Below, one piece after another: positions 52,770 through 64,000 of a stretch of 64,000 nucleotides of DNA; the stretch's first letter is position 1, and each line of letters opens with the position of its first letter. Under the pieces are notes generated by a model that saw only the letters and a list, made by a program, of their open reading frames with translations, was not told the DNA's origin and made no database searches. A program made the position numbers and the translations under genes. Where the stretch lies: NCBI RefSeq assembly GCF_006345805.1, contig NC_043020.1:5456001-5520000 (forward strand), read 5' to 3'. This DNA is from Octopus sinensis (lineage: Eukaryota).

Positions 52770-53830
52770 TTCTTTTATCTGTTTCAGTCATTTCGGTGCG
52801 ACCATGCTGGAGCACCGCCTCAAAGGGTTTTAGCCGAATAAATTGACCCCCACAACTTATCCCTGTAACCACAAAGTTACAGGGATGTAAACACACCAAC
52901 ATTGGTTGTCAAGCAATAGTGGATGGCGGGGGGAGACAAACACACGTAAATACATATTATATATATGCCCCAGCATGGCCGCAGCCTTCGGGCTAAAACA
53001 TTTTTAAGAATTAAGGATATATATATGGGAGGCTTCTTTCAGTTTCCGTCTACCAAATCCACTCACAAGGCTTTGGTCAGCCCAAGGCTTTAGTAGAAGA
53101 CATTTGCCCAAGGTGCCACACACTGGGACTGAACCTGGAACCATGTAGTTGGGAAGTGTGAGGTGAAGGCGGCATGGCTTAGTGGTTAGGGGGTTACATT
53201 CACAATCACATGACCGTGGTTTCAATTTCCAGGGCAGCAGTACATAGTGCTCCTTGAGCAAAACACTTCATTTCACATTGCCCCAGTCCACTCAGCTGTA
53301 CACGGGTCATCCTGCAATGGACTAATGGTCCCATTCCAAGACAGTGCTGGGTTGCCTGCCTGACCAGCAGGGGTGTGGCATCATTCGAAAGCTACAGCAT
53401 GGCAAGTAAGCGCATTGTGATCAGAGGTGTCAACAATGTTCGATAGTCTGCCTTTTACTTTTTGCTTTTTACTTATTTACCATTAGACTGTGGCCATGCT
53501 GGAGCACCACCTTGAGTTTTTAATCAAAACGAATCGACTCATAGTTGTTTTTTAAACTTGGTACTTACTTTATTGGCTCATTTTGCTTAACTGTTAAGTT
53601 ATGGGAACATAAACAAAGCAACACTGGTTATCAAGCTGTGGTGGGAGACAAACACACACACATATACCACAGGCTTCATGCAGTTTCCATCTGCCAAATC
53701 CATTCACAAGGCTTTGGTCAGTCAGAGGCTATAATAAGAGTCACTAACCCGAGATGCCATGCAGTGGGACTGAACCCAGAACCATGTGGTTGGGAAGCAA
53801 GCTTCTTACCACACAGCCACACCTGCATCT
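52770..53830 (-). mobile_element. Cluster of family C (minus) and family D-like (plus) fragments
   Basis: Homology to other copies in window. Confidence 0.75.
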
Positions 53831-54568
53831 ACAATTAATAAAATGATATAGTAATACGTGGGTCAGATGGAATTTTCCATGGATGGATGCCCTTCCTCTG
53901 TGTGTGTGTGTAGGCACGTAAAAAGCATAATTCTACTGGCCCCCGTGCCGGTGGCATGTGAAAAACCACCCACTACACTCTCAGAGTGGTTGGTGTTTGG
54001 AAGGGCATCCAGCTGTAGAAACCTTGCCAGATCAGATTGGAGCCTGGTGCAGTTTCCTGGTTTGCCAGCCCTCAGTCAAACCGTCCAACCCATGCCAGCA
54101 TGGAAAGCAGATGTTAAACGATGAAGATGATGACAATGATATATATATATTGTTACAGGCTTGTCCCCTGCATCTCTCTCCGGCTGAGTATTCCTAATCT
54201 TGCGTCTCGTGGGCACTGGTGCCATGTAACACACCTGTGCCAATGGTGCGTAAAAGCATCCAGTACACTCTGTAAAGTGGTTGGCATTAGGAAGGTCACC
54301 CAGCCATAGAGACCATGCCAAAACAGACATGGGGTCAGGGCAGCTCTTCAGTTGGTCAGCTCCTGTCAAACCGTTCAACCCATGCCAACATGGAAAAACA
54401 GACATCAGGCTCAGTAGTTAGGGCACTGGGCTTACAATCGTGAGAAAGTAAGTTCGATTCCCAGACTGGGCTGTGTGTTGTGTTCTTGAGCAAGCCACTT
54501 TATTTCATACAAGCTACTTGCCACACAGCCACTCTTGTGCCTATATGGATTATCATTATTATTATTAA

Positions 54569-55110
54569 GGCGGCGAGCTGGCAGAAACGTTAGCACGCCG
54601 GGCGAAATGCTTAGCAGTATTTCGTCTGCCGTTACATTCTGAGTTCAAATTCCGCCGAGGTCGTCTTTGCCTTTCATCTTTTCGGGGTCGATTAAATAAG
54701 TACCAGTTATGCACTGGGGTCGATGTAATCGACTTAATCCGTTTGTCTGTCCTTGTTTGTCCCCTCTGTGTTTAGCCCCTTGTGGGTAGTAAAGAAATAG
54801 GTATTTCACTTGTCACTACTTTCTGAGTTCAAATTCCTCTGAGGTCGATTTTGTCTTTCATCCTTTTTTCGGGTCAATAAATTAAGTACCAATGGAGTAC
54901 TGGGGTCAATATAACTGACTAGTTCCCTCCCCAAAAATTGCTGCCCATTATTGTTGTTATTATTATTATCATTATGACTAAGGTGGTGAGCTGGCAGAAT
55001 TGTTAGCATGCCAGGTGAAATGCTGAGCGGTATTTTGTCTGTTGCTACATTCTGAGTTCAAATTCCACCAGGGTTGATTAAATAAGTACCAGTTACATAC
55101 TGGGGTGCAG
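54569..55110 (+). mobile_element. SINE family A copies
   Basis: Head at 54569 plus dimeric body; a further head at ~54981. Confidence 0.85.
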
Positions 55111-55801
55111 AAAAGATTATTATACTTGGTATCATTATTATAGTTGTTATTGTTATCATCATCATCATTATTATTATTGGGAATTTTTTACTTGTTGAAT
55201 TTCTCTTGTTACCATGTTTACATGGACCTTTTTTTTTTCGCAAAACCCTTTATTTCTATCGTCCTATGTTTGTCGTTTCATGTTTTTGGTTTTATATTAG
55301 CCCTTGTGGCCAATAAAACCAGAATTAATTATCATCATCATCATCATTATCATTATCATTTATTATTATGATAATTATTATTATTAATATTGTTGTTGTT
55401 GTTAAGTTGGTGAGCTGGCAGAATCGTTAGCATGCTGGGCGAAATGTTTCACAGAATTTCCCCCATTGCTACATTCTGGGTTCAAATTCCGCCGGAGTCG
55501 ACTTTGCCTTTCATCCTTTCGGGGGCCGATTAAATAAGTACCAGTAAAACACTGGTCGATGTAACTGACCAGTTCCTTCCCCTCAATTTTCGGGCCTTGT
55601 ACCTTTAGTAGAAACGATTATTGTTATACTATTGTTGTTATTATTGTTATTATTTGTTATTTCTAGGAAGGACACGCTGTTGTAGAGACCATGCCAAAGC
55701 AGACAGAGCACATGGCAGCACTCGGGGCCTGTCGAATTCTAATAATTGAACCCATGTCAGCAAGGAAGATGGACATTAAAAGATGAAGATAAATTTTGTA
55801 G

Positions 55802-55834
55802 GAGCTTGGTCCTTCCATCTGGCACTACATGGAG
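55802..55834 (+). CDS. Candidate 33-nt phase-0 microexon ELGPSIWHYME (copy 1)
   Basis: TTTTGTAG|GAG...GAG|GTAAGA; pyrimidine tract weak. Confidence 0.3.
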
Positions 55835-56334
55835 GTAAGACCATCTTTGTTATTGTTGTTGTTGTTGGTTCCAGTAAGGTTTTAATTAGGCCCACTACCT
55901 ATGATCGAAGGTGTGATTAGCCCGTGGGGAAGAGGGGTTGGGGTTGGGGGGGGGGGGTCAATGAAGGACTGCATTACCTGGTGGTACCTTCATTTAAAAT
56001 GACACTAAGCTGCAATTCAAGTTGGATCTGGCTGGTGTGTCTAGCAATTTGAACAACCACTTAGAGGCTCTCTGATCAGACTCTGCATTCACACACACAC
56101 ACACACACACACACGTGTATGTGTGTGTGTGTGTACATTTCTTTTACTTATTTCAGTCACTTGACTGTAGCCATGGTGGAGCACTGCCTTAAAAGTGTTT
56201 TTGTTGAACAATTCGACATCAGGACTTATTTTTAAAGCTTAGTACTTACTCTATTAGTCTCTTTGCGTGCGCACGTAAATATATTTATGAAGAAATAATT
56301 GACAAGGGAATAAGAAACTGTCATGAGCTTCATT

Positions 56335-56415
56335 AGCTTACAGTTGTTTCTGCTATAAGATGCAATACACTCGTAGTTGGGTGTTTGTGTATCATCCTAT
56401 TGCTTCATCAGAGCT
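56335..56415 (-). ncRNA. Hammerhead-like motif with long stem II (copy 1)
   Basis: Minus strand AGCT CTGATGA A GC..ATAGGATG ATACAC-loop-GTGTAT..CATCTTAT..GC A GAAACAACTGTA AGCT. Confidence 0.6.
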
Positions 56416-57194
56416 TCAAAAATGAAATGCAATTTCATTTGGGAAAGCATTTATGTCTACATATATATATATACATATATATATATACAGAAAAGCATTG
56501 CCAATGCAAAAACATAGACATATGTAGGAAAAACATTTAGGAGTTTGAATGCAAGGAGCCAATCCTTACTTCATCTCCATGGATACTCTAACAAGGATTT
56601 AGGTTGGTTAGTTCTACTGGACTCCAGTCAAAAAATTCTGATAAAGTGCATCCTTTCTCTGTGTGTGTGTGTGTGTGTGTTTCTGCTCTTGTCCTGACAT
56701 CATGTGATGGTTGTAAATAAACATCATCATCATCATCATTATCATTATCATTTATTATTATGATAATTATTATTATTAATATTGTTGTTGTTGTTAAGTT
56801 GGTGAGCTGGCAGAATCGTTAGCATGCTGGGCGAAATGTTTCACAGAATTTCCCCCATTGCTACATTCTGGGTTCAAATTCCGCCGGAGTCGACTTTGCC
56901 TTTCATCCTTTCGGGGGCCGATTAAATAAGTACCAGTAAAACACTGGTCGATGTAACTGACCAGTTCCTTCCCCTCAATTTTCGGGCCTTGTACCTTTAG
57001 TAGAAACGATTATTGTTATTACTATTGTTGTTATTATTGTTATTATTTGTTATTTCTAGGAAGGACACGCTGTTGTAGAGACCATGCCAAAGCAGACAGA
57101 GCACATGGCAGCACTCGGGGCCTGTCGAATTCTAATAATTGAACCCATGTCAGCAAGGAAGATGGACATTAAAAGATGAAGATAAATTTTGTAG

Positions 57195-57227
57195 GAGCTT
57201 GGTCCTTCCATCTGGCACTACATGGAG
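57195..57227 (+). CDS. Candidate 33-nt microexon ELGPSIWHYME (duplicate)
   Basis: Identical to 55802-55834. Confidence 0.28.
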
Positions 57228-57726
57228 GTAAGACCATCTTTGTTATTGTTGTTGTTGTTTGGTTCCAGTAAGGTTTTAATTAGGCCCACTACCTATGATC
57301 GAAGGTGTGATTAGCCCGTGGGGAAGAGGGGTTGGGGTTGGGGGGGGGGGGTCAATGAAGGACTGCATTACCTGGTGGTACCTTCATTTAAAATGACACT
57401 AAGCTGCAATTCAAGTTGGATCTGGCTGGTGTGTCTAGCAATTTGAACAACCACTTAGAGGCTCTCTGATCAGACTCTGCATTCACACACACACACACAC
57501 ACACACGTGTATGTGTGTGTGTGTGTACATTTCTTTTACTTATTTCAGTCACTTGACTGTAGCCATGGTGGAGCACTGCCTTAAAAGTGTTTTTGTTGAA
57601 CAATTCGACATCAGGACTTATTTTTAAAGCTTAGTACTTACTCTATTAGTCTCTTTGCGTGCGCACGTAAATATATTTATGAAGAAATAATTGACAAGGG
57701 AATAAGAAACTGTCATGAGCTTCATT

Positions 57727-57807
57727 AGCTTACAGTTGTTTCTGCTATAAGATGCAATACACTCGTAGTTGGGTGTTTGTGTATCATCCTATTGCTTCAT
57801 CAGAGCT
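57727..57807 (-). ncRNA. Hammerhead-like motif with long stem II (duplicate)
   Basis: Identical to 56335-56415. Confidence 0.6.
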
Positions 57808-57852
57808 TCAAAAATGAAATGCAATTTCATTTGGGAAAGCATTTATGTCTAC

Positions 57853-57883
<31 letters not shown>

Positions 57884-58380
57884 CATATATATATATACAG
57901 AAAAGCATTGCCAATGCAAAAACATAGACATATGTAGGAAAAAAATTTAGGAGTTTGAATGCAAGGAGCCAATCCTTACTTCATCTCCATGGATACTCTA
58001 ACAAGGATTTAGGTTGGTTAGTTCTACTGGACTCCAGTCAAAAAAATTCTGATAAAGTGCATCCTTTCTCTGTGTGTGTGTGTGTGTGTGTTTCTGCTCT
58101 TGTCCTGACATCATGTGATGGTTGTAAATAAACATCATCATCATCATCGTACAAACAATGTACGACGATGTGCGTCTCTTCTGTGGGAACATGTCCCGAC
58201 ACAGAGAGATATTACCTTACTTGGAATCAAGTAAGGGTTGGTGACAGGGAAGGCACTCCACCTTGGAAAATCTGCCACGGCAAATTCCATCCAAGTCATG
58301 CAAGCACTGGAAACATGGATGCTGAAATCATGATAATGATGATGATGATGATGATGGCAACAATGACAGTGACAACGGCA

Positions 58381-58688
58381 ACGATGACGGTGGGAACGAT
58401 GACGGTGGGAACGATGACGGTGGGAACGATGACGGTGGGAACGATGACAGTGGGAACGATGACGGTGGGAACGATGACAGTGGGAACGATGACGGTGGGA
58501 ACGATGACAGTGGGAACGATGACGGTGGGAACGATGACGGTGGGAACGATGACGGTGGGAACGATGACGGTGGGAACGATGACGGTGGGAACGATGACAG
58601 TGGGAACGATGACGGTGGGAACGATGACGGTGGGAACGATGACGGTGGGAACGATGACGGTGGGAACGATGACGGTGGGAACGATGAC
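58381..58688. repeat. 15-bp minisatellite (ACGATGAC[G/A]GTGGGA) x20
   Basis: 20 full units; 4 carry the G>A variant. Confidence 0.97.
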
Positions 58689-58748
58689 AAAGGTGATGTT
58701 GAGGATGATGACCTGATGTCATTTTGGCATTGTTAGGTTGGGTTTTAT

Positions 58749-59145
58749 TACTCTTGACTCTTTTGCGTGTTTCAGTCATTTGACTGTGGCCATGCTGGAG
58801 CACCGCCTTTTAGTCGAGCAAATCGACCCTAGGACTTATTCTTTGTAAGCCTAGTACTTATTCTATTGGTCTCTTTTTGCTGAACCGCTAAGTTACGGGG
58901 ACGTAAACACACCAGCATCGGTTGTCAAGCGATGTTGGGGGGACAAACACAGACACACAAACATATATATATACATATATACGATGGGATTCTTTCAGTT
59001 TCCGTCTACCAAATCCACTCGCAAGGCTTTGGTCGGCCCGAGGCTATAGTAAAAGACACTTGCCCAAGGTGCCACGCAGTGGGACTGAACCCGGAACCAT
59101 GTGGTTGGTAAGCAAGCTACTTACCACACAGCCACTCCTGCGCCT
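58749..59145 (-). mobile_element. SINE family C, full length
   Basis: Reverse complement of 6310-6709. Confidence 0.9.
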
Positions 59146-59454
59146 ATATTTTTTCCTCTAAATTCTCCCTTCTGTATCATACTCTGACATTCTGATTGAG
59201 TATAGGTATGGCAGCTGCATGCTTTGTAGTCTTAATACAGTGTTGCTGTTGTTGTTGCTGTCTCCTAGACCTTCAGAAGAATATCCGCTGTACGGCCCTC
59301 CACTTCACTCCTCCTCCCTCCCACCGTCTGTGATGTCTTCTTTGAATGTTCACATCCACCATCACCGTCTCCTACTACTCCTCCTTCGTAGATGAGGATA
59401 AGATTTGAGGAATACATCACATGGTCATAGCACTGACTCACCAGCTACACACCA

Positions 59455-60281
59455 TGTGTGTGTATGTCTATGCATGTATACATGTGTGTATGTATATATA
59501 TATATATGTATATGTGTGTGTATATATGTGTATATATATATATATATGTGTGTGTGTATATATGTGTGTATATATATATGTGTGTGTGTGTGTGTATATA
59601 TGTGTATATATATATGTGTGTGTGTGTATATATATATGTGTATGTATGTGTATATATATGTGTATGTATGTGTATATATATGTATAATGTATGTATGTGT
59701 ATGTATGTGTATATATATGTATAATGTATGTATGTGTATATATATGTATGTATGTGTATATATATGTATGTATGTGTATATATATGTATATATGTATGTA
59801 TGTGTATATATATATATGTATGTATGTGTATATATATGTATATATACATATATATATATATGTATGTATGTATATGTATGTGTATATATATATGTATGTA
59901 TATGTATGTGTGTATATATATTTATATATGTGTGTGCATATATATATACATATATAAAGTATGTGTGTGTGTATATATTTATATACATACATACATTTAC
60001 ATTAGTAACAGATGTTTTCCATGCTACTGATTGTGCCATGACATTTCTGCTCAATCAACCTTCAGCATTTGTTCTGCTTCAGTGAATCGAATGAAGCAAA
60101 TGGTAATATTGTATTGTACATTACCACAGAAGATCAATGTTTACGCGCACACTTATGTGTGTGTGTCTTTGTATATATGTGTGTGTGTGTATATGTATAT
60201 GTATATTATATATAGAAAAATACAAACGGGACAAGAACGTAAAATTTAGAAGACGATACAAAACACGGACAGTATATATAT

Positions 60282-60334
<53 letters not shown>

Positions 60335-60373
60335 TATATACACATATATATATATAGATAAAAATACACACAT

Positions 60374-60420
<47 letters not shown>

Positions 60421-60456
60421 TATATACACATACACACATATATACCACACAACATG

Positions 60457-60495
<39 letters not shown>

Positions 60496-60557
60496 ATATG
60501 TGTGTATTTTTATCTATATATATATGTGTGTATATATGTGTGTGTATATATATATAT

Positions 60558-60589
<32 letters not shown>

Positions 60590-60745
60590 TATATACACAT
60601 ATATATATATATATAGATAAAATACACACATATACAATACATATTATAATATATATATATATACACACACACACACTATATACACATACCACATATATAC
60701 ACACAACATGCACATATATATATATATATATATTATATATATTCT
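59455..60745. repeat. (TA)/(TG)/(CA) compound microsatellite blocks
   Basis: Direct reading. Confidence 0.9.
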
Positions 60746-61488
60746 TTTATTCTTTCGCTTGTTTCAGTCATTTGACTGCGGCCATGCTGGAGCACCGCCT
60801 CAAGGGGTTTTTAGTCAAATAAATCAACTCCAGGACTTATTCTTTGTAAGCCTACTACTTATTCTGTCTGTCCCTTTTGCCGAACTGTTAAGTTACGGGA
60901 CATGAACACACTAACATCAGTTGTCAAGCATAGCGGGGAGGCAACCAAAGACACACACACATGATATACATATTATATATATATATATACAAAAAGCAAT
61001 AAAGATTCAAGTTAATTTAATGAATTTACTTGATATGGTACCTAACTTAGATGCACCAAAAAAAACTGTACTGTTTTAACAATACAGTAATGTGGGGTGA
61101 TTATAGCGAGAAAGAGCAACAAGAATGGATAGGTTTTAGTACTAAAAACCTATCCATTCTTGTTGCTTCTTTCTCGCGTATATATATATATAATATTATA
61201 TATAATATATTATTTATCAACATGCATCTTTTAGTTTCTGTCTACTAAATCCACTCACAAGAGTTTAGTTGGCAAGAGGCTACAACAGAAGACATGTGCC
61301 CAAGGTACCACACAGTGGGACCAAACCTAGAACCATGTGGTTGAGAAATAGGCTTCTTACCACACAGCCAGGCCCAACTAAAATTATTTTACTGAATTTT
61401 TAGTTTTAAAAAAAGAAATTGGTCAAAACAATGTGTACGTATTTCAACAGAAATTGGTATTGTGAGGGTGAAACTAGCATTTGAAACC

Positions 61489-62063
61489 TTAACCCTTTCG
61501 TTACTAACCCAGCTGAAACCAGCTCTGGCTCTGTAGTACAAATATCTTGTTTTCATGAGTTTTGAATTAAAATCTTCCACCAAACCTTAGTCACAATTTA
61601 TGTTCCTAACACTAGCTGAATGATAACTGAGTTATTTTACTAAATTCTTTGTTATATTTAAAATTAATCGAAAGAAACACAGAGCATCTCAACAGAAATA
61701 TGGTAACAAAAGGGTTAATCTTTTTCGCTCTGTGGAATTTCCACAGGTCCCATTAATATTGATGTTGAAGATATGAAAGGTGAAGATGACCTCAGCAGCA
61801 ATAAAATCATTCTTTCTTCCTTAAACAGCTTCTCTTAACCCTTTAATTACCAACCCGGCTGAAACCAATTCTGGCTCTGTAGTACAAATGTCTTGTTTTC
61901 ATAAGGTTTGAATTAAAATCTTCCACCAAACCTTAGTCACAATTTATGTTCCTAACACTGGCTGAATGACAACTAAGTTATTTTACTAAATTCTTTGTTA
62001 TATTTAAAGTAATTGAAAGAAACACAGAGCATCTCAACAGAAATATGGTAACGAAAGGGTTAA
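61489..62063 (+). mobile_element. Two direct ~230-bp TTAA-flanked piggyBac-like MITEs (family G) enclosing a 116-bp spacer
   Basis: TTAA at 61489, 61715, 61835, 62060; outer TIRs CCCTTTCGTTAC / GTAACGAAAGGG. Confidence 0.85.
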
Positions 62064-62204
62064 TTAACATGAAATTTTGATAAAAGGTTGTTATTTAGAT
62101 CACCTTAAAATAGGAAGTTTGTATGATTGACCCAAGGGGTGACCTCAGTTGGTTTTATATCAGAAGTGTTAACACCTGTCATTTACCTTCCCTTCCTATT
62201 GCAG

Positions 62205-62262
62205 GATCTTATCACCAGTCATTCCCTCTAAATACATCAATTGATAACTTTTACTAAATAAA
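62205..62262 (+). CDS. Candidate terminal exon (DLITSHSL* in phase 0) with AATAAA at 62257
   Basis: Strong acceptor TTTACCTTCCCTTCCTATTGCAG; stop at 62229-62231. Confidence 0.25.
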
Positions 62263-62935
62263 CTTCCTCAAATCACATACCACCATTTAACCCCCTCCCC
62301 CCTTTTTTAGTGTGATATTTCTGTCCAAATAAACTGTATTGGTTTTGATTAATTTTGAATGATAAGAGTAGGGGTGGCTGTGTGGTAAGTAGATTGCTTA
62401 CAAACCACATGGCTACAATAGTATCGGGCGAACCAAATCCTTGTGAGTGGATTTGGTCAACGTAAACTGAAAGAAGCTCGTCGTCATATATATGTATCAA
62501 TATATATATATATATGTGTGTGTGTGTGTATCTGCGTTTGTACCCCAACATCGCTTGACAACCGATGCTGCAAACACACCAATCTCGGTTGTCAAGCGAT
62601 GGTGGGGGGACAAACACAGACACACATACACATATACGACGGGCTTCTTTCAGTTTCCATCTACCAAATTCACTCACAAGGCTTTGGTTGGCCCGAAGCC
62701 TTAGTAGAAGACACTTGCCCTAGGTGCCACACAGTGGGACTGAACCCGATACCATGCGGTTGGTAAGCAAGCTACTTACCACACGGCCACTCCTATGCAT
62801 ACAATACGTTATCCTTGTTTCACTTAGTTTTGAAAATATTGAAAATTTATGGATACAATTTTGTCATTGTGAAACCAATGTTTGTAAGGTAAAATTAACA
62901 TGAAATTTTTATGCAAGGTTATAATTTAGATTATT

Positions 62936-63151
62936 TTAACCTCCTAGCATTTAAACTGGCCATATCTGACCTAATTTTATGTTCAAAGTGGCCACATCTG
63001 ACCTCTCGTACTAACCATACAATGTCATTCTAAAACTCCACAATCACCTCATCTAAATCCCAAGGCTATGAGATAATGCATGATAAATTCAAAACAATGT
63101 AAATAAACAACCATTACATTTGACAGAGTAATCTAAATATTAAAGGGTTAA
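62936..63151 (+). mobile_element. piggyBac-like MITE family F, intact length
   Basis: TTAACCTCCTAGC...TAAAGGGTTAA. Confidence 0.75.
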
Positions 63152-63584
63152 AACAAAAAGTTAGTATCCTACAATCAGGGGCCATATCAGACTGTTTGGT
63201 GTCAAAAGGGTTTAAGCCCCCTATATCCCATCCCATCTATTACTTTTCATTCCCCGTTTAAAATTTTTCTTTTTCTTAAAACAAGGTGATTTTAAGTAGA
63301 TAAGGTCTGGGGTCTTAACTGCTTAAGTGTGATAATTGCTGGAGCGGGGCAGAGGAAATAACAGGGCTTTGCGTTCGTATCCGGCCGGTGAACCGGAGTT
63401 TGTGTTTTCTGTGACTTAAACACTGACAGTGAAATATTTTCACATCTAGAAACTTTCCGGTATGATTTGAAGAAGAACTGGCTGCTCTTTCTAGCAAGTC
63501 GAGGTAGAGTATGGTTCTGGTTATTCGATTGTGGGGGGGGGGGGCAGAGTGTGACAGTATTGTAGTTGTACATTGTGCACCGTG

Positions 63585-63890
63585 GAGGCACAATGGCCCT
63601 GTGGTTAGGGCAGCGGACTCGTGGTCGGAGGATCGCGGTTTCGATTCCCAGACGGGCATTGTGTGTGTTTATTGAGCGAAAACACCCAAAGCTCCACGAG
63701 GCTCTGGAAGGGGATAGTGGCGACCCCTGTTGTATTCTTTCGCCCCAACTTTCTCTCACTCTTTCTTCCTGTTTCCTTAGTAACGCTGTGATGGACTGGT
63801 GTCCCGTCCATCTAGGGGGAACACATACGCCATAGAAACCAGGAAACTGGGCCCATGAGCCTAGCTAGGCTTGAAAAGGGCGCATAAATA
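63585..63890 (+). mobile_element. Chimeric SINE: family B head and middle with a different (V-domain-like) 3' half
   Basis: B head to ~63775, then GTGATGGACTGGTGTCCCGTCCA..., which is similar to 4935-5030. Confidence 0.75.
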
Positions 63891-64000
63891 CAAAAAAAGC
63901 ATTGTGCACCACAGCAGAAGTAATCAAGATGGACTTAGCATCACATTTACCACTTTGCTGCTCTTATGTATTTGTTGGAGTGGCTACAACTGAGGAGAAT

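Larger units (their letters stand above)
55330..58140. repeat. Near-identical tandem duplication of ~1.39-1.41 kb
   Basis: Offset 1392-1393 bp at matching landmarks (55802/57195, 56335/57727); junction in a (CAT)n run near 56723. Confidence 0.93.

Noticed and set aside
58144-58803. ORFs with TMTVG or HRSHR repeats
   Set aside because: By-product of the 15-bp minisatellite lying between retroposon remnants
3267-63700. tRNA genes suggested by A/B-box heads
   Set aside because: Heads run into SINE bodies and lack a complete cloverleaf acceptor stem

Overview
AT-rich, microsatellite-saturated animal genomic DNA. The SINE families look like octopus/cephalopod ones; this is my recognition, not a database result. 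No intact long protein-coding gene is visible, and nearly all ORFs in the supplied track are microsatellite artefacts. The window holds (1) at least five SINE-like families, several nested with clean target-site duplications (TSDs), one forming ~185-bp internal concatemers; (2) decayed LINE fragments (RTE-type RT, CR1-like 3' end) and a Penelope-type GIY-YIG C-terminus that the ORF track missed; (3) Tc1/mariner, hAT and TTAA-flanked piggyBac-like MITEs, including a possible composite unit; (4) about 15 minimal type I hammerhead-ribozyme-like motifs from several unrelated sequence families, nearly all with a palindromic stem III, which is the most striking signal; (5) two local tandem duplications (~475 bp and ~1.4 kb) and several minisatellites; (6) a few weak + strand small-exon candidates and a perfect RFX X-box. 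Repeat boundaries were read by eye and are approximate unless a TSD or TIR is quoted.
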